A stretch of 50,682 nt of DNA from Promethearchaeota archaeon (GTDB lineage Archaea > Asgardarchaeota > Lokiarchaeia > Sigyniarchaeales > SOKP01), in NCBI GenBank assembly GCA_016839585.1, contig JAEOTZ010000059.1, positions 1-50,682 on the forward strand, written 5' to 3'. The notes below the pieces were generated by a model that had not been told where the DNA came from, did not search any database, and was given only the letters and a program-made list of their open reading frames with translations. The position numbers were made by a program, and so were the translations under genes. Positions 39,183 to 48,664 of the stretch are shown in pieces (position 1 is the first letter of the stretch; every line of letters starts with the position of its first letter).

Positions 39183-39560
39183 TTATTCTTCTTTTTCAAA
39201 TTTCCACTTAGGGCTTTCGAGTGGTGTCTTTTTAATAATCCCAAATTTATCAAATTTGGTTAAATCCAATTCGCTTAAACGCTCTAAAAGCATTTTATTT
39301 TTGAAGTGAGGAATTTCACTAATTAAATTTGGTTTTGAAATCAAATTTATCAGATTTGAATTATTATTAACCTTTTGAGGTAATATCTCTTTTAAAATTT
39401 CCTTATTATCACTATAATTTTTTCGAAATAAAGGATTTTCAATTTTTAAAAAAGGATTATCATTTGTATCAAGAAAATTTTTTGGTAATGTAGATCTAAT
39501 AATTCGACAAGTAGGGCAGTTTGTCTCATCTAAACCGTGAATACAAATCAATTCTCTCAT
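39183..39560 (-). CDS. Hypothetical protein with an N-terminal CxH-x6-CxxC motif
   Basis: CIHGLDETNCPTC. Confidence 0.65.
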   Translation of the reverse strand: MRELICIHGLDETNCPTCRIIRSTLPKNFLDTNDNPFLKIENPLFRKNYSDNKEILKEILPQKVNNNSNLINLISKPNLISEIPHFKNKMLLERLSELDLTKFDKFGIIKKTPLESPKWKFEKEE

Positions 39561-39854
39561 TCTCTGTTATTTAATTTAATTCTGAGTAATTCAAATTAAT
39601 TTTATCTTATATTTTTTGTTATTATAAAAATGAATAGTCTTTTCGTATTAAAATTTCTATCAATTTTAAAGTTAGTATCATTCTTTTATCATTAATAATA
39701 TTTTTTTTGTATTTACTTTCTTAGAAGATGAGGTATAATTGATTTTTTGAAAAATTTTTAAATTTAAAGGAATTACTTTTTATATCCAAAATTACTAATT
39801 AAAATTCACAAGCTAAGTAAAATATATTAATAAAAATAAACAAGTTGTAAAAAA

Positions 39855-41624
39855 ATGGCAGAATGGCAAGTAAATGAAGATAAAACTTGGTTTAAGAAGT
39901 GGTGGCCTAAAGATACTCCTAAAAATTATAATTTTGAAAAAATATCATTAGGAGATTTTTTTGAAAGGCAACGAAAGAAGTATGCTAATGAACCTATGAT
40001 GTGGTTTTTAGAATCGTGGATGACATATGAAGAGGCTGGTAAGGCGATCGATTCCTTAGGGACTGCACTCCATAATTTAGGAATAAAAAAAGGAGATGTA
40101 GTAGCATTTCTAATGCCAAATAGTTTTCAATATGTAATCTGTTTTTATGCAACCGTAAAAATTGGTGCTATTGCTACTGGAATAAATCCAACCTACAAAC
40201 CATTAGAAGTATTGCACCATCTTAAATTGACAAACGCAAAAGTTTTAATCACTTTAGATGCATTATATGGTGAATTAGCACGCCCAATAATTAATAAAAC
40301 AAATGTTGAAATAGTTATATATACTAATGTTGCAGATTTAGCTTCTGGAATACCAGGTTGGAAAAAAGGTTTAGGAAAAATGATTGGAAAAATACCAAAG
40401 GGAAAAGTTGATTTTCCTGGGTCTATCAAATTCTTAGATTTGGTCATAACTAAACCTGATCCACCAAAGGTAGAATTTGATCCAACTATACATCCAGCAA
40501 CATATATTATGACTGGTGGAACAACAGGAGTTCCTAAGGCAACGATTTTAACACATCTCAACGTAGTTTCAAATGCAATTCAATGTGTATTATGGGTTGG
40601 TGGGGAAGACCCTGGTGTTGGAGATATTGGTGCATTACCATTGTTCCATTCATTTGCAATGACTGCAGTTATGAATGTAGCAATTGGTTTAGGAGGATGG
40701 ATGATGTTATTTCCAAGACCACCTCCTACTGACGTATTTCTAAAAGAAATTACTCACATACCTGCTCCTAAAGGATTATTTTATGCTGGAGCAGAAATTC
40801 TATTTAAAAGAATTGCTGACTTTCCAAATCTTGAAAAATTTCCGGGTTTAATGGGGCGATTAAGACTTTGTATCTCAGGAGCAGGACCATTACATGCTCC
40901 TGTACAGCAATCATTTCAAAAAAATACTGGTGGAAGAATTGTTGAGGGGTATGGTTTGTCAGAAGCATCCCCTGTCGTTAGTGGTGGAAATTTATTTGGA
41001 GAAAGTCCAATAGGTGTTATTGGAATGCCATTTCCAGGCACTGATTGGGGGATCTTTGATGTCGATAATTTTGAAAAAGGACCAATAGCAGATGGATTGC
41101 AAGGTTCAAAATATGGAGAAGAAAATACAGGTGAACTATGTGTATGTGGTCCTCAAGTTATGAAAGGATATCTAAATCAACCTGAAGAAACAGCAGAAAC
41201 TTTAAAAACATGGGATGGTAGAACATGGCTTCTTACTGGTGATATCGGTTTTATGAATGAAGATGGAACAGTAGCTCTTAGGGACAGGAAAAAGCAATTA
41301 ATTAAAGTAGCGGGTCATTCAGTCTTTCCGGCTGAAGTTGAAACGATGTTAATGAGTAATGAAGCAGTATCAGAAGCTGCTGTAGCTGGTCTACCTGACC
41401 CCGCAGGAAAAGTTGGTGAAATAACAAAAGCGTGGGTTGCGTTAAAACCAGAATATAAAGGTAAAATCACTGAAGAACAATTAATAGCTTGGACTGAAAA
41501 GAATATGACCAAGTGGAAATGTCCTACTATTATTGAATTTATTGAAGAAGTTCCGAAAAATATTATGGGAAAAGTTCAAAGACGCACATTACAAGAAGCA
41601 GATCCACTATTTAAAAAAAAGTAA
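39855..41624 (+). CDS. Long-chain fatty acid--CoA ligase (AMP-binding family)
   Basis: TGGTTGVPK, LPLFHSFA, EGYGLSE, TGDIG, DRKK, PKN.MGKV. Confidence 0.92.
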   Translation: MAEWQVNEDKTWFKKWWPKDTPKNYNFEKISLGDFFERQRKKYANEPMMWFLESWMTYEEAGKAIDSLGTALHNLGIKKGDVVAFLMPNSFQYVICFYATVKIGAIATGINPTYKPLEVLHHLKLTNAKVLITLDALYGELARPIINKTNVEIVIYTNVADLASGIPGWKKGLGKMIGKIPKGKVDFPGSIKFLDLVITKPDPPKVEFDPTIHPATYIMTGGTTGVPKATILTHLNVVSNAIQCVLWVGGEDPGVGDIGALPLFHSFAMTAVMNVAIGLGGWMMLFPRPPPTDVFLKEITHIPAPKGLFYAGAEILFKRIADFPNLEKFPGLMGRLRLCISGAGPLHAPVQQSFQKNTGGRIVEGYGLSEASPVVSGGNLFGESPIGVIGMPFPGTDWGIFDVDNFEKGPIADGLQGSKYGEENTGELCVCGPQVMKGYLNQPEETAETLKTWDGRTWLLTGDIGFMNEDGTVALRDRKKQLIKVAGHSVFPAEVETMLMSNEAVSEAAVAGLPDPAGKVGEITKAWVALKPEYKGKITEEQLIAWTEKNMTKWKCPTIIEFIEEVPKNIMGKVQRRTLQEADPLFKKK

Positions 41625-41875
41625 ACTAAACTTTTATAAAAAATTTCTTTTTTTCTTTTTATTTAATCAAAAATTCATAAACATGGTTTTTTACAAATAT
41701 AAGATAAGTAGTAAAAGAAAAATCTTATGAAATGAAGAAAATATAGAAGTTCGAATATTCAAGTTTGAATATTATTAGAAAAGATGAAAAAAGAGATAAT
41801 AGATTAAATTTTAATTTTAATTTTAATTCTTTTATAAAATAGTCTAAGTTCATTACGTTTCAACAAGTCTTAAAA

Positions 41876-43012
41876 ATGACAAAAGCAGTTATTATATCAG
41901 GTGGATGGGGAACACGATTAAGACCTTTAACTTGTACTATTCCTAAATCTCTGATTCCAGTTGTCAATAAACCGGTGATAGAACGTCAAATACTTTTATT
42001 AAAAGCTGCTGGTGTCAGAGAAGTTGTTTTAGCAGTAAGCGTAATGGCTGATGCCCTAAGAAGTTATTTTCATGATGGGATGAAATGGAATATAAAAATT
42101 CACTATACAGATGAAAGGCATCCAATGGGAACAGCAGGAGCAATAAAACTGGCAGAGGATTTCCTTAAAGATGATAATTTTTTTATGTTAAATGGGGATG
42201 TCATATTAAATTATGATTTTAGCGAAATGCTAAAGTCACATGAAAAATATAATGGAATAGGAACAATTGCTAGTAAGATTGTCGAAGATCCGTCAAGATA
42301 TGGTGTTTTGATTACTGATAAGGATACTAATAAAATAATTAAATTTCTTGAAAAGGATGAATATACACCTTCTGGTGGGAAATTCGTTCCTATGCCTATT
42401 AATGCAGGAGTATATATTTTAGAACCTGAAATCTTTACTTTTATTGAACCCAATAAAAAAGTTTCAATTGAAAGGGAAGTATTTCCTGTAGTTGTGGACA
42501 AAGGAAAGATTTATCATTATCCTATTAGTGGAATTTGGAAAGACATCGGAAATCCTTCCGAATTATTAGAAGGAAACCTTCTTTTGATGAATGATCTTCT
42601 AAAAAATTTAAAAGGGAAAAGAAAGAATTTAATCGATGAGTCCATTAAAGTTGAAGGAAAAGTAGAAATAATTCCTCCATGTACTATAGGAGAAAATGTT
42701 GTAATTAGAAATAATTGTAAAATTGGTCCCAATGTAATAATAGGAGATAATGTGTATATTGATGATAACTCGGAAATCGAGGAAGCTTTAATTTACAATG
42801 AAACATACATTTCAAAAAATGTGACGATTGCAAGATCTATTATTTCAGATAATTGTAATATAGAAGAAAATGTGGAAATTAAAGGAGATGAAAGTAATTT
42901 AGTAATTCTTGCTTCTTTTGTAGAAGTCTTAAAAAATATTAAGTTAATTTCTCAAAAAAATTATCCCATTACTGTATGTCATCATGAAGTAGTGAAAGAG
43001 AGTATTATCTAA
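41876..43012 (+). CDS. NDP-sugar pyrophosphorylase (mannose-1-phosphate guanylyltransferase-like) with a left-handed beta-helix
   Basis: GGWGTRLRPLT...PK, GTAGA, NGD, INAGVY, WKDIG, hexapeptide repeats. Confidence 0.9.
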   Translation: MTKAVIISGGWGTRLRPLTCTIPKSLIPVVNKPVIERQILLLKAAGVREVVLAVSVMADALRSYFHDGMKWNIKIHYTDERHPMGTAGAIKLAEDFLKDDNFFMLNGDVILNYDFSEMLKSHEKYNGIGTIASKIVEDPSRYGVLITDKDTNKIIKFLEKDEYTPSGGKFVPMPINAGVYILEPEIFTFIEPNKKVSIEREVFPVVVDKGKIYHYPISGIWKDIGNPSELLEGNLLLMNDLLKNLKGKRKNLIDESIKVEGKVEIIPPCTIGENVVIRNNCKIGPNVIIGDNVYIDDNSEIEEALIYNETYISKNVTIARSIISDNCNIEENVEIKGDESNLVILASFVEVLKNIKLISQKNYPITVCHHEVVKESII

Positions 43013-43032
43013 TTAAAGGTTTAAGAAGGAAG

Positions 43033-43311
43033 ATGGAAGATTTAAAAGAAAATGGTTTAAAAATTTATAATGCGATTTTTGAAGGAAAAAAGACTGTAGA
43101 AATAGATGATATCGAATATCCAATCAAAAAGTTTTCAAGCGGAATTAAATATGTAGATTTATTTGGTTATCGATTTATCGAGCAAAACCGCCAAAAAAAA
43201 TCTGAATGGGGTAAAAAAGCACGAGAAGGACATAAGATTATGTGGATTATTAAAGGAAGACGATATATGGCAAGAATAATGGACGGAGAATACATAGATT
43301 TAAAAAAATAA
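43033..43311 (+). CDS. Small hypothetical protein
   Basis: 92 aa, ATG preceded by GGAAG, directly after the NDP-sugar synthase; IEQN..KKS.WG..AR.G.KIMW. Confidence 0.75.
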   Translation: MEDLKENGLKIYNAIFEGKKTVEIDDIEYPIKKFSSGIKYVDLFGYRFIEQNRQKKSEWGKKAREGHKIMWIIKGRRYMARIMDGEYIDLKK

Positions 43312-43454
43312 CTCGATTCCAAACTAGTCTTTTTAGCCTTTATTCTTAAAAGTTTTTATCTACAAAAATTGGGCTCCATTTTATTTTTATTTTCATATGT
43401 TCATTTACTAAATAGTGATAAATAGAATGGAATTAAAACTATAAGTGAGATGCT

Positions 43455-43643
43455 ATGGAAGCTAAAGTGAAACTAGATACAAGTTATTATGAATTCTTGA
43501 ATTTTATTCAAGAGGTATCTAAAAATTCCAATTCTATTCAAAGAAGTCTAATAAAAAGAATATATGAAAATTATGATATTCATAACGTCAAGAATGATTT
43601 AGATAAGAAAATAGCTAGAATTGACAGATTACTAATAAATTGA
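43455..43643 (+). CDS. Small hypothetical protein
   Basis: 62-aa ATG ORF with helical character, followed by a perfect hairpin. Confidence 0.5.
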   Translation: MEAKVKLDTSYYEFLNFIQEVSKNSNSIQRSLIKRIYENYDIHNVKNDLDKKIARIDRLLIN

Positions 43644-43679
43644 GATTATATTTCAATCTTATAGATTTTCCATTTCCCT

Positions 43680-43709
43680 ATTGAGTATATTATTTTTAAT
43701 ATACTCAAT
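43680..43709. terminator. Perfect 13-bp-stem hairpin between convergent genes
   Basis: ATTGAGTATATTA-TTTT-TAATATACTCAAT. Confidence 0.5.
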
Positions 43710-43717
43710 TAATTCTA

Positions 43718-44317
43718 TTACTTGCCTTTAAATTCATCAGCAATCAGTTCTAGATAGGATTTTCTTATAGATTCTTCTTTTTTAATTCCAAACAAACTTA
43801 AAAAATCAAAAAGAGTTTCACGATAAACCTCTAAATTTTCTATTGAATTAGAAATAATTTCAACTTCAATGAAATGCTGTTTTAAAATTGGTAAGAAATC
43901 AATCAAAGCTTCAATATGATAATTCTTGAATTTAAATTCATATAATTCTCTATCTTTTTTAACTGTAAAGATCTCTTGAAATCCTAATACTTTTAATATA
44001 TCTTTCAATTTATCAAGATCTTCAATTCGTACTTCTATTTCTTGTCGAGATTTTGTAGTAGTATCAACTTTTTTCCCTTTATAAGTAAAGAAATATGTTA
44101 TTTTTTTAGCAACTTCCCTATTAAATTTATTGAATTCAATAGATTTCCTAAGTCTTAATGCTTCATCAGTTTTTTTGAAGTCTCTTAACCCTTTAGGTAA
44201 ATTAAAGTAAGTATCCTCATGAAGTAATGATATTTTATAGACACCATTGTTTTCTTCAAATTTTTTTCTTATTTGATTAGGATCCGAGATTTTAACTTTA
44301 ATTTCTACTTCGAGCAT
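43718..44317 (-). CDS. cyaB: Class IV adenylate cyclase / CYTH-domain protein
   Basis: ExExK (EVEIK) at the N-terminus from ATG 44317, DTYF, ALRLR, TYKG, V.KDR, FIEVE, KSYLEL. Confidence 0.9.
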   Translation of the reverse strand: MLEVEIKVKISDPNQIRKKFEENNGVYKISLLHEDTYFNLPKGLRDFKKTDEALRLRKSIEFNKFNREVAKKITYFFTYKGKKVDTTTKSRQEIEVRIEDLDKLKDILKVLGFQEIFTVKKDRELYEFKFKNYHIEALIDFLPILKQHFIEVEIISNSIENLEVYRETLFDFLSLFGIKKEESIRKSYLELIADEFKGK

Positions 44318-44463
44318 CGAATAGGCTCTTTTATTTATTAATAACAAATATAATTAATTATTTTTTATTAAGTATTAATAGTTGCTGATTGAGTTGATAA
44401 TGTATTAATCCTGAAGAAGATCATGTTTTAAACCTGGCTAAAGAATTTGGTTATTTACCATAT

Positions 44464-45369
44464 ATGATAGAACGATATATTGATTTTCTTGGATTGGATG
44501 ACACTCTAAAACTTTTGGAAGCAAACGAAAAGCCTTTAGAACCATCTATTAGAGTAAATACATTAAAAATTCAACCAGTAGAATTAAGGAATAGATTAGA
44601 AAATAAGGGATTTAAACTACAAACAATTGAATGGATTTCTTATGGATTTGATGTAATGAAAGAAACATATAATTTAGGCTCTCTCCATGAATATTTGCAA
44701 GGTTATTTTTATTTACAAAATGTTGCTTCTATGTTACCTGCAATTATTCTTGATCCTAAACCTGGTGAAACAGTAATAGACATGTGTGCTGCTCCGGGTG
44801 GAAAAGCAACTCATTTGGCTCAGATTATGAACAATAAAGGAGGTTTAATTTTAATTGAGAGAAATAGTAAAAGAATTCCCGCTTTAGAGATTAACTTGCG
44901 AAGAATGGGTATCCTGAATTCAATTGTGTTAAATCTCGATGCAATAAATCTTCAAAAATTGAATATAAAAGCTGATAAAATTTTATTAGATGCACCATGC
45001 ACGGGAGAAGGTTTAATTCGCCAAGATAAAAGCAGAAAAAAGAGTAAAACTCAAAAAGATATTGAAAAACTAGCTGGTATCCAAAAGAAATTACTAAATT
45101 CAGGTTTGAAGATATTAAAACCTGGGGGAACATTATTGTATAGTACCTGTTCAATTGCTCCAGAGGAGAATGAATTTGTTATAAATGATGTGCTTCAAGA
45201 TAGGTTGGACTATTCAATAATACCATTAAATAATCGATATGGCGTTAGTGGTCTAACAAGAGTGCTAGGAAAAGTCTTAAGAAAGGATTTAAAACTTTCT
45301 CAAAGACTATATCCACACATACATAATACTATTGGTTTTTTTATTTGTTTAATTAAAAAAATTACTTAA
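44464..45369 (+). CDS. RsmB/NOL1/NOP2 family RNA m5C methyltransferase (probable start is ATT 44404)
   Basis: RVNTLK, DMCAAPGGK, DAPCTGEG, YSTCS..PEENE, YPH.H.T.GFF. Confidence 0.93.
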   Translation: MIERYIDFLGLDDTLKLLEANEKPLEPSIRVNTLKIQPVELRNRLENKGFKLQTIEWISYGFDVMKETYNLGSLHEYLQGYFYLQNVASMLPAIILDPKPGETVIDMCAAPGGKATHLAQIMNNKGGLILIERNSKRIPALEINLRRMGILNSIVLNLDAINLQKLNIKADKILLDAPCTGEGLIRQDKSRKKSKTQKDIEKLAGIQKKLLNSGLKILKPGGTLLYSTCSIAPEENEFVINDVLQDRLDYSIIPLNNRYGVSGLTRVLGKVLRKDLKLSQRLYPHIHNTIGFFICLIKKIT

Positions 45370-45372
45370 AAC

Positions 45373-45415
45373 AAAGACTTAAGTCTTTAGTTAGCAATTT
45401 TTCAGACTTAATTCT
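45373..45415. promoter_or_regulatory. Palindromic operator candidate (two copies)
   Basis: Perfect AAAGACTTAAGTCTTT at 45373-45388 and a one-mismatch core AGACTTAATTCT at 45404-45415. Confidence 0.5.
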
Positions 45416-45517
45416 TATTTTCTTTTGTAAAAAATTGGTCTTAATGAGTTTATATAGGAAGTTGGATAATTTCTATAATGATATCCAAAATTTTTAAAAT
45501 TTCTATGTGATAATTTC

Positions 45518-45916
45518 TTGGAAAGAATTAATGATTTAAGTAGAAATAAGCAAAAAAATAAACATAGAATGGAAAGGATATCAGAATTCGTAGAAAAAAC
45601 AGTCATTAAATACAAAATTAGGATGGCTTTCAAGAACAATAAAAAAACTAGGATCATAATTTCATCAAAAAAATCAAAACTATTTTTAAAAATTAGTTTA
45701 TTCAAAGAAAATCTATATATATATCTACTAAAGAAGTATATATATAGAATTCTTAATAAGCTTTTAAAAGATTCCAAGTTATCGGAACTGATAAAAGAAG
45801 AAATTCTAAAAGTACCGAGAGGAACCTTTAAAGAATTTTTAGAGCTCTATAATGAGCTAACTCAAGAAATACAAAAAACATCTAATAGAGACGATATTGA
45901 TTATATTATTGTATAA
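45518..45916 (+). CDS. Basic hypothetical protein
   Basis: 132-aa ORF co-oriented with, and 17 bp upstream of, the winged-helix gene. Confidence 0.5.
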   Translation: MERINDLSRNKQKNKHRMERISEFVEKTVIKYKIRMAFKNNKKTRIIISSKKSKLFLKISLFKENLYIYLLKKYIYRILNKLLKDSKLSELIKEEILKVPRGTFKEFLELYNELTQEIQKTSNRDDIDYIIV

Positions 45917-45933
45917 ATTAAGCTAAATAATCT

Positions 45934-46647
45934 TTGAATAATGCTATAATATTGAGATCCCTCAGTTTAGACCATCCAAGTGTTCAAAGTGTACTTAAGA
46001 TAGCTGAAGATATACTGAGTAAGAATAAAGTGCTAGATCTGGAATCCTTATATAATATAGCAAAAAAAACCTTAAAGATACCACGTAAAGGTCTTTTATA
46101 TATTATTCAATTTTTATTAAATAGGAAAATTTTAATTGAAGGTTCAAAATTTTCCAAAGAGACCGTACTTTCAAATCAATATAGATATAACATCTATAGC
46201 TTTATTAAAAATCAAAGAGGAGTTCATTTCTCGTTTATAAAAAAGAATGTTTTTACTGATAATAAATGTACATTAGGAAGTTCAGGGCAATTGATATGGC
46301 ATCTTGAAATGCTGCTCAAATTTGAATATATTAAGAAATTAAAAGTTGGTAATTATACTGTATTTATCCCTATTGAAATAGATGAAGATTTGGGAGCTCT
46401 TTATTTTTTATTAAAGGATGATATTAACAAGAAAATCATTAAATTATTATATGAAAAGGAGTCAATTATAAAGTCAGATATTTATAAGCTCTTAAATGAG
46501 AAAAGGGAAAATGTTTACTATCGCATAAATAATCTAATAGAATATGATTTAATCTCTCTAAATAAAGAATCCACTAATAATATCTCCTTAAATCCAGAAC
46601 AAAAGGAGATCATAGCTGTGATATTAAGAAGTAATAAAATTAATTAA
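45934..46647 (+). CDS. Multi winged-helix transcription regulator-like protein
   Basis: R..IY.FI....G.HFS.I...SSGQL.WHL.ML.KF..I, plus a second HTH (KSDIYK.L.E.R..VYYRI..L). Confidence 0.8.
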   Translation: MNNAIILRSLSLDHPSVQSVLKIAEDILSKNKVLDLESLYNIAKKTLKIPRKGLLYIIQFLLNRKILIEGSKFSKETVLSNQYRYNIYSFIKNQRGVHFSFIKKNVFTDNKCTLGSSGQLIWHLEMLLKFEYIKKLKVGNYTVFIPIEIDEDLGALYFLLKDDINKKIIKLLYEKESIIKSDIYKLLNEKRENVYYRINNLIEYDLISLNKESTNNISLNPEQKEIIAVILRSNKIN

Positions 46648-46680
46648 AAAAAATTAATATATGTAGGTGTTACGGGAAAA

Positions 46681-47985
46681 TTGACGTTAAATTGGAACCC
46701 ACAGGCTATTATTGAGATAATAGTTGGTATTATTGTTATGGTCGCTGGATTATTAACTTATTTTGAACCTAAAACTAAAAAAATAAAATCTTTATTTTTC
46801 ATAAGATTAGGAATAATTTTTATGAGTTTATTCTTTTTAGTTAGTTCAATTGCAATTTTGTATTTAAATACCATAATATATCGAATAGGTGTTTTGATGC
46901 TATTCCCAACATCGGTATTTTTTATTATAGGTATTAACTATATTATTAAAGAAACCTTTAATTCAATTACTTTAATTATAGCTTTTTGTTTAGGAATATT
47001 ATATTGTTATTTAGCATTAAATCCCAATTCTGTTATAATTAAAATGCAGTTTGGATTTCTCAACTTAGATATGAGAGGGTTATTTGAGGTAATCGGTGAT
47101 TTTATAACAGTTTTACTCGGAGTTGAAGTATTTTACTGGGGTTTGAAAACATGGTTAAATACTCCTTTTTTAATTAAAAAGGAAGCATTTATTTTCTTTA
47201 TAGGATTGTTATTTATTTCAGTAATAACACTGATTATTTATTCTTTTTATTATTGGGATCCAATCTTTATATTATTCTCTGATATATCATTAGGAATAGG
47301 GATTCTTATTTTTATTATTGCTATAATGGTAGAACCAAAACTTCTTTATATTTTACCTTTTACAATTCATAGAATTATTGTGAAAGATAAAGAAGGCTTT
47401 CCATTATACGATCATGATTGGTCTGAATCAAATATTAGTGAAACAATATTTTCCGGATTTTTAAATGCAGTTCAACTGATGAGTAAAGAAGTTATGGATA
47501 TTGGGGGGCTTTTGGACATTAATTTGGAAGAAGGAATGTTAATTTTAAGAGAATCTGAATTAATCACAGTAGGATTAGTTGCCTCTAAATCTTCAAAGTT
47601 ATTGCGTGATTCAGTAGTAAAATTCACTCATGATTTTGAGGAAAACTTCCAGCGAGAGTTAAAATTATCAATAAAAGATATGGATCAGTATGAGGGAGCT
47701 TATGAACTCATAGAGAAATATTTCTCCAATTTTCCATATAAAATTATCAAGAATAAAAAGCATCCTTTGCTATTAACAGGTAAATTTGCCAATATCCCTT
47801 TAGAATTAGATAATAAGCTTAAAAAAATTTTTACAACTGAAGAAGAATATGAAGCTATAATAACTGAATTGCTTAAATCTCCAGTATCTGTTTACTCTGA
47901 ATTTCTAAATCTTTATGATGAATTAATAGATGAGACTGATAAAATAGAAGGAAAAGAATCTAAATATTTGAATACAAATTCTTAA
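46681..47985 (+). CDS. 7TM membrane protein fused to a C-terminal longin-like domain
   Basis: Seven hydrophobic segments in the first ~217 aa, then IIVKDKEGFPLYDHDW...IFSGFLNAV...SKEV. Confidence 0.75.
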   Translation: MTLNWNPQAIIEIIVGIIVMVAGLLTYFEPKTKKIKSLFFIRLGIIFMSLFFLVSSIAILYLNTIIYRIGVLMLFPTSVFFIIGINYIIKETFNSITLIIAFCLGILYCYLALNPNSVIIKMQFGFLNLDMRGLFEVIGDFITVLLGVEVFYWGLKTWLNTPFLIKKEAFIFFIGLLFISVITLIIYSFYYWDPIFILFSDISLGIGILIFIIAIMVEPKLLYILPFTIHRIIVKDKEGFPLYDHDWSESNISETIFSGFLNAVQLMSKEVMDIGGLLDINLEEGMLILRESELITVGLVASKSSKLLRDSVVKFTHDFEENFQRELKLSIKDMDQYEGAYELIEKYFSNFPYKIIKNKKHPLLLTGKFANIPLELDNKLKKIFTTEEEYEAIITELLKSPVSVYSEFLNLYDELIDETDKIEGKESKYLNTNS

Positions 47986-47996
47986 TAAATTTCTTT

Positions 47997-48578
47997 TCAT
48001 TGTTTTTTTCGTAAATAATATCCTTTATCAACTAAATTTATAGCTATTGGATCTTTTAGATTAAGATTTTCATATGTTACATAATTCACTTGAGACTTAG
48101 CAATAGCAATCAATTCATTGGTTAGATTAAAAACTAATAAAAAAGCATTTTTTTGTAATCCTGTAGGAATTTTTTCAATCATACTTTTTGAAATTCTATT
48201 TCCATATAAAATCGACTTTTCTCCACTCCTATTAACATATAATTCTTGATTTTTTGAAAAGCAACCTGATTTAAGCAGAAATTCTGCTCCTTCTAAACTT
48301 ACGTAAAATTCTCCTTTTTTTATGAAACCAAAATAAAGACCTACGGAATTAACGCTGATATCTTGCTGAAATTTAACTAAGTTTTTAGTAAGATTGTTGG
48401 GGATTAAAAAAATAGAAGGGTAATTATTTTTAGAGGTTTTATTAACCAAAGCAATATAGATCTTATAGTTAATTTTTTTAAGAACTGATAAAATTTTGGT
48501 AGAAATCTTTAAAACTGAATTAGTGATAATTGCATATTCGATTTTATTTACTTTTCTAAACTTTTTAGTATCAATCAT
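47997..48578 (-). CDS. NIP7-like PUA-domain ribosome biogenesis protein
   Basis: FRK at the N-terminus, S.GLYFG.I.K..F..SLE, GEKSILYG, and DKGYYLR at the C-terminus. Confidence 0.8.
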   Translation of the reverse strand: MIDTKKFRKVNKIEYAIITNSVLKISTKILSVLKKINYKIYIALVNKTSKNNYPSIFLIPNNLTKNLVKFQQDISVNSVGLYFGFIKKGEFYVSLEGAEFLLKSGCFSKNQELYVNRSGEKSILYGNRISKSMIEKIPTGLQKNAFLLVFNLTNELIAIAKSQVNYVTYENLNLKDPIAINLVDKGYYLRKKQ

Positions 48579-48664
48579 AAGTGATTAAAATAAAATAGAA
48601 ATAAGATAATTGTTTTATAATAATCATTAAATTAATTAAAAAATTAGCAAGGGATATTTAAATT

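Noticed and set aside
41754-41773. AATATTCAA-GT-TTGAATATT palindrome
   Set aside because: Almost all A/T, so plausible by chance at this base composition
45415-45777. 120-aa minus-strand ORF
   Set aside because: Phe/Leu-rich antisense shadow of the Lys-rich plus-strand ORF that fits the operon
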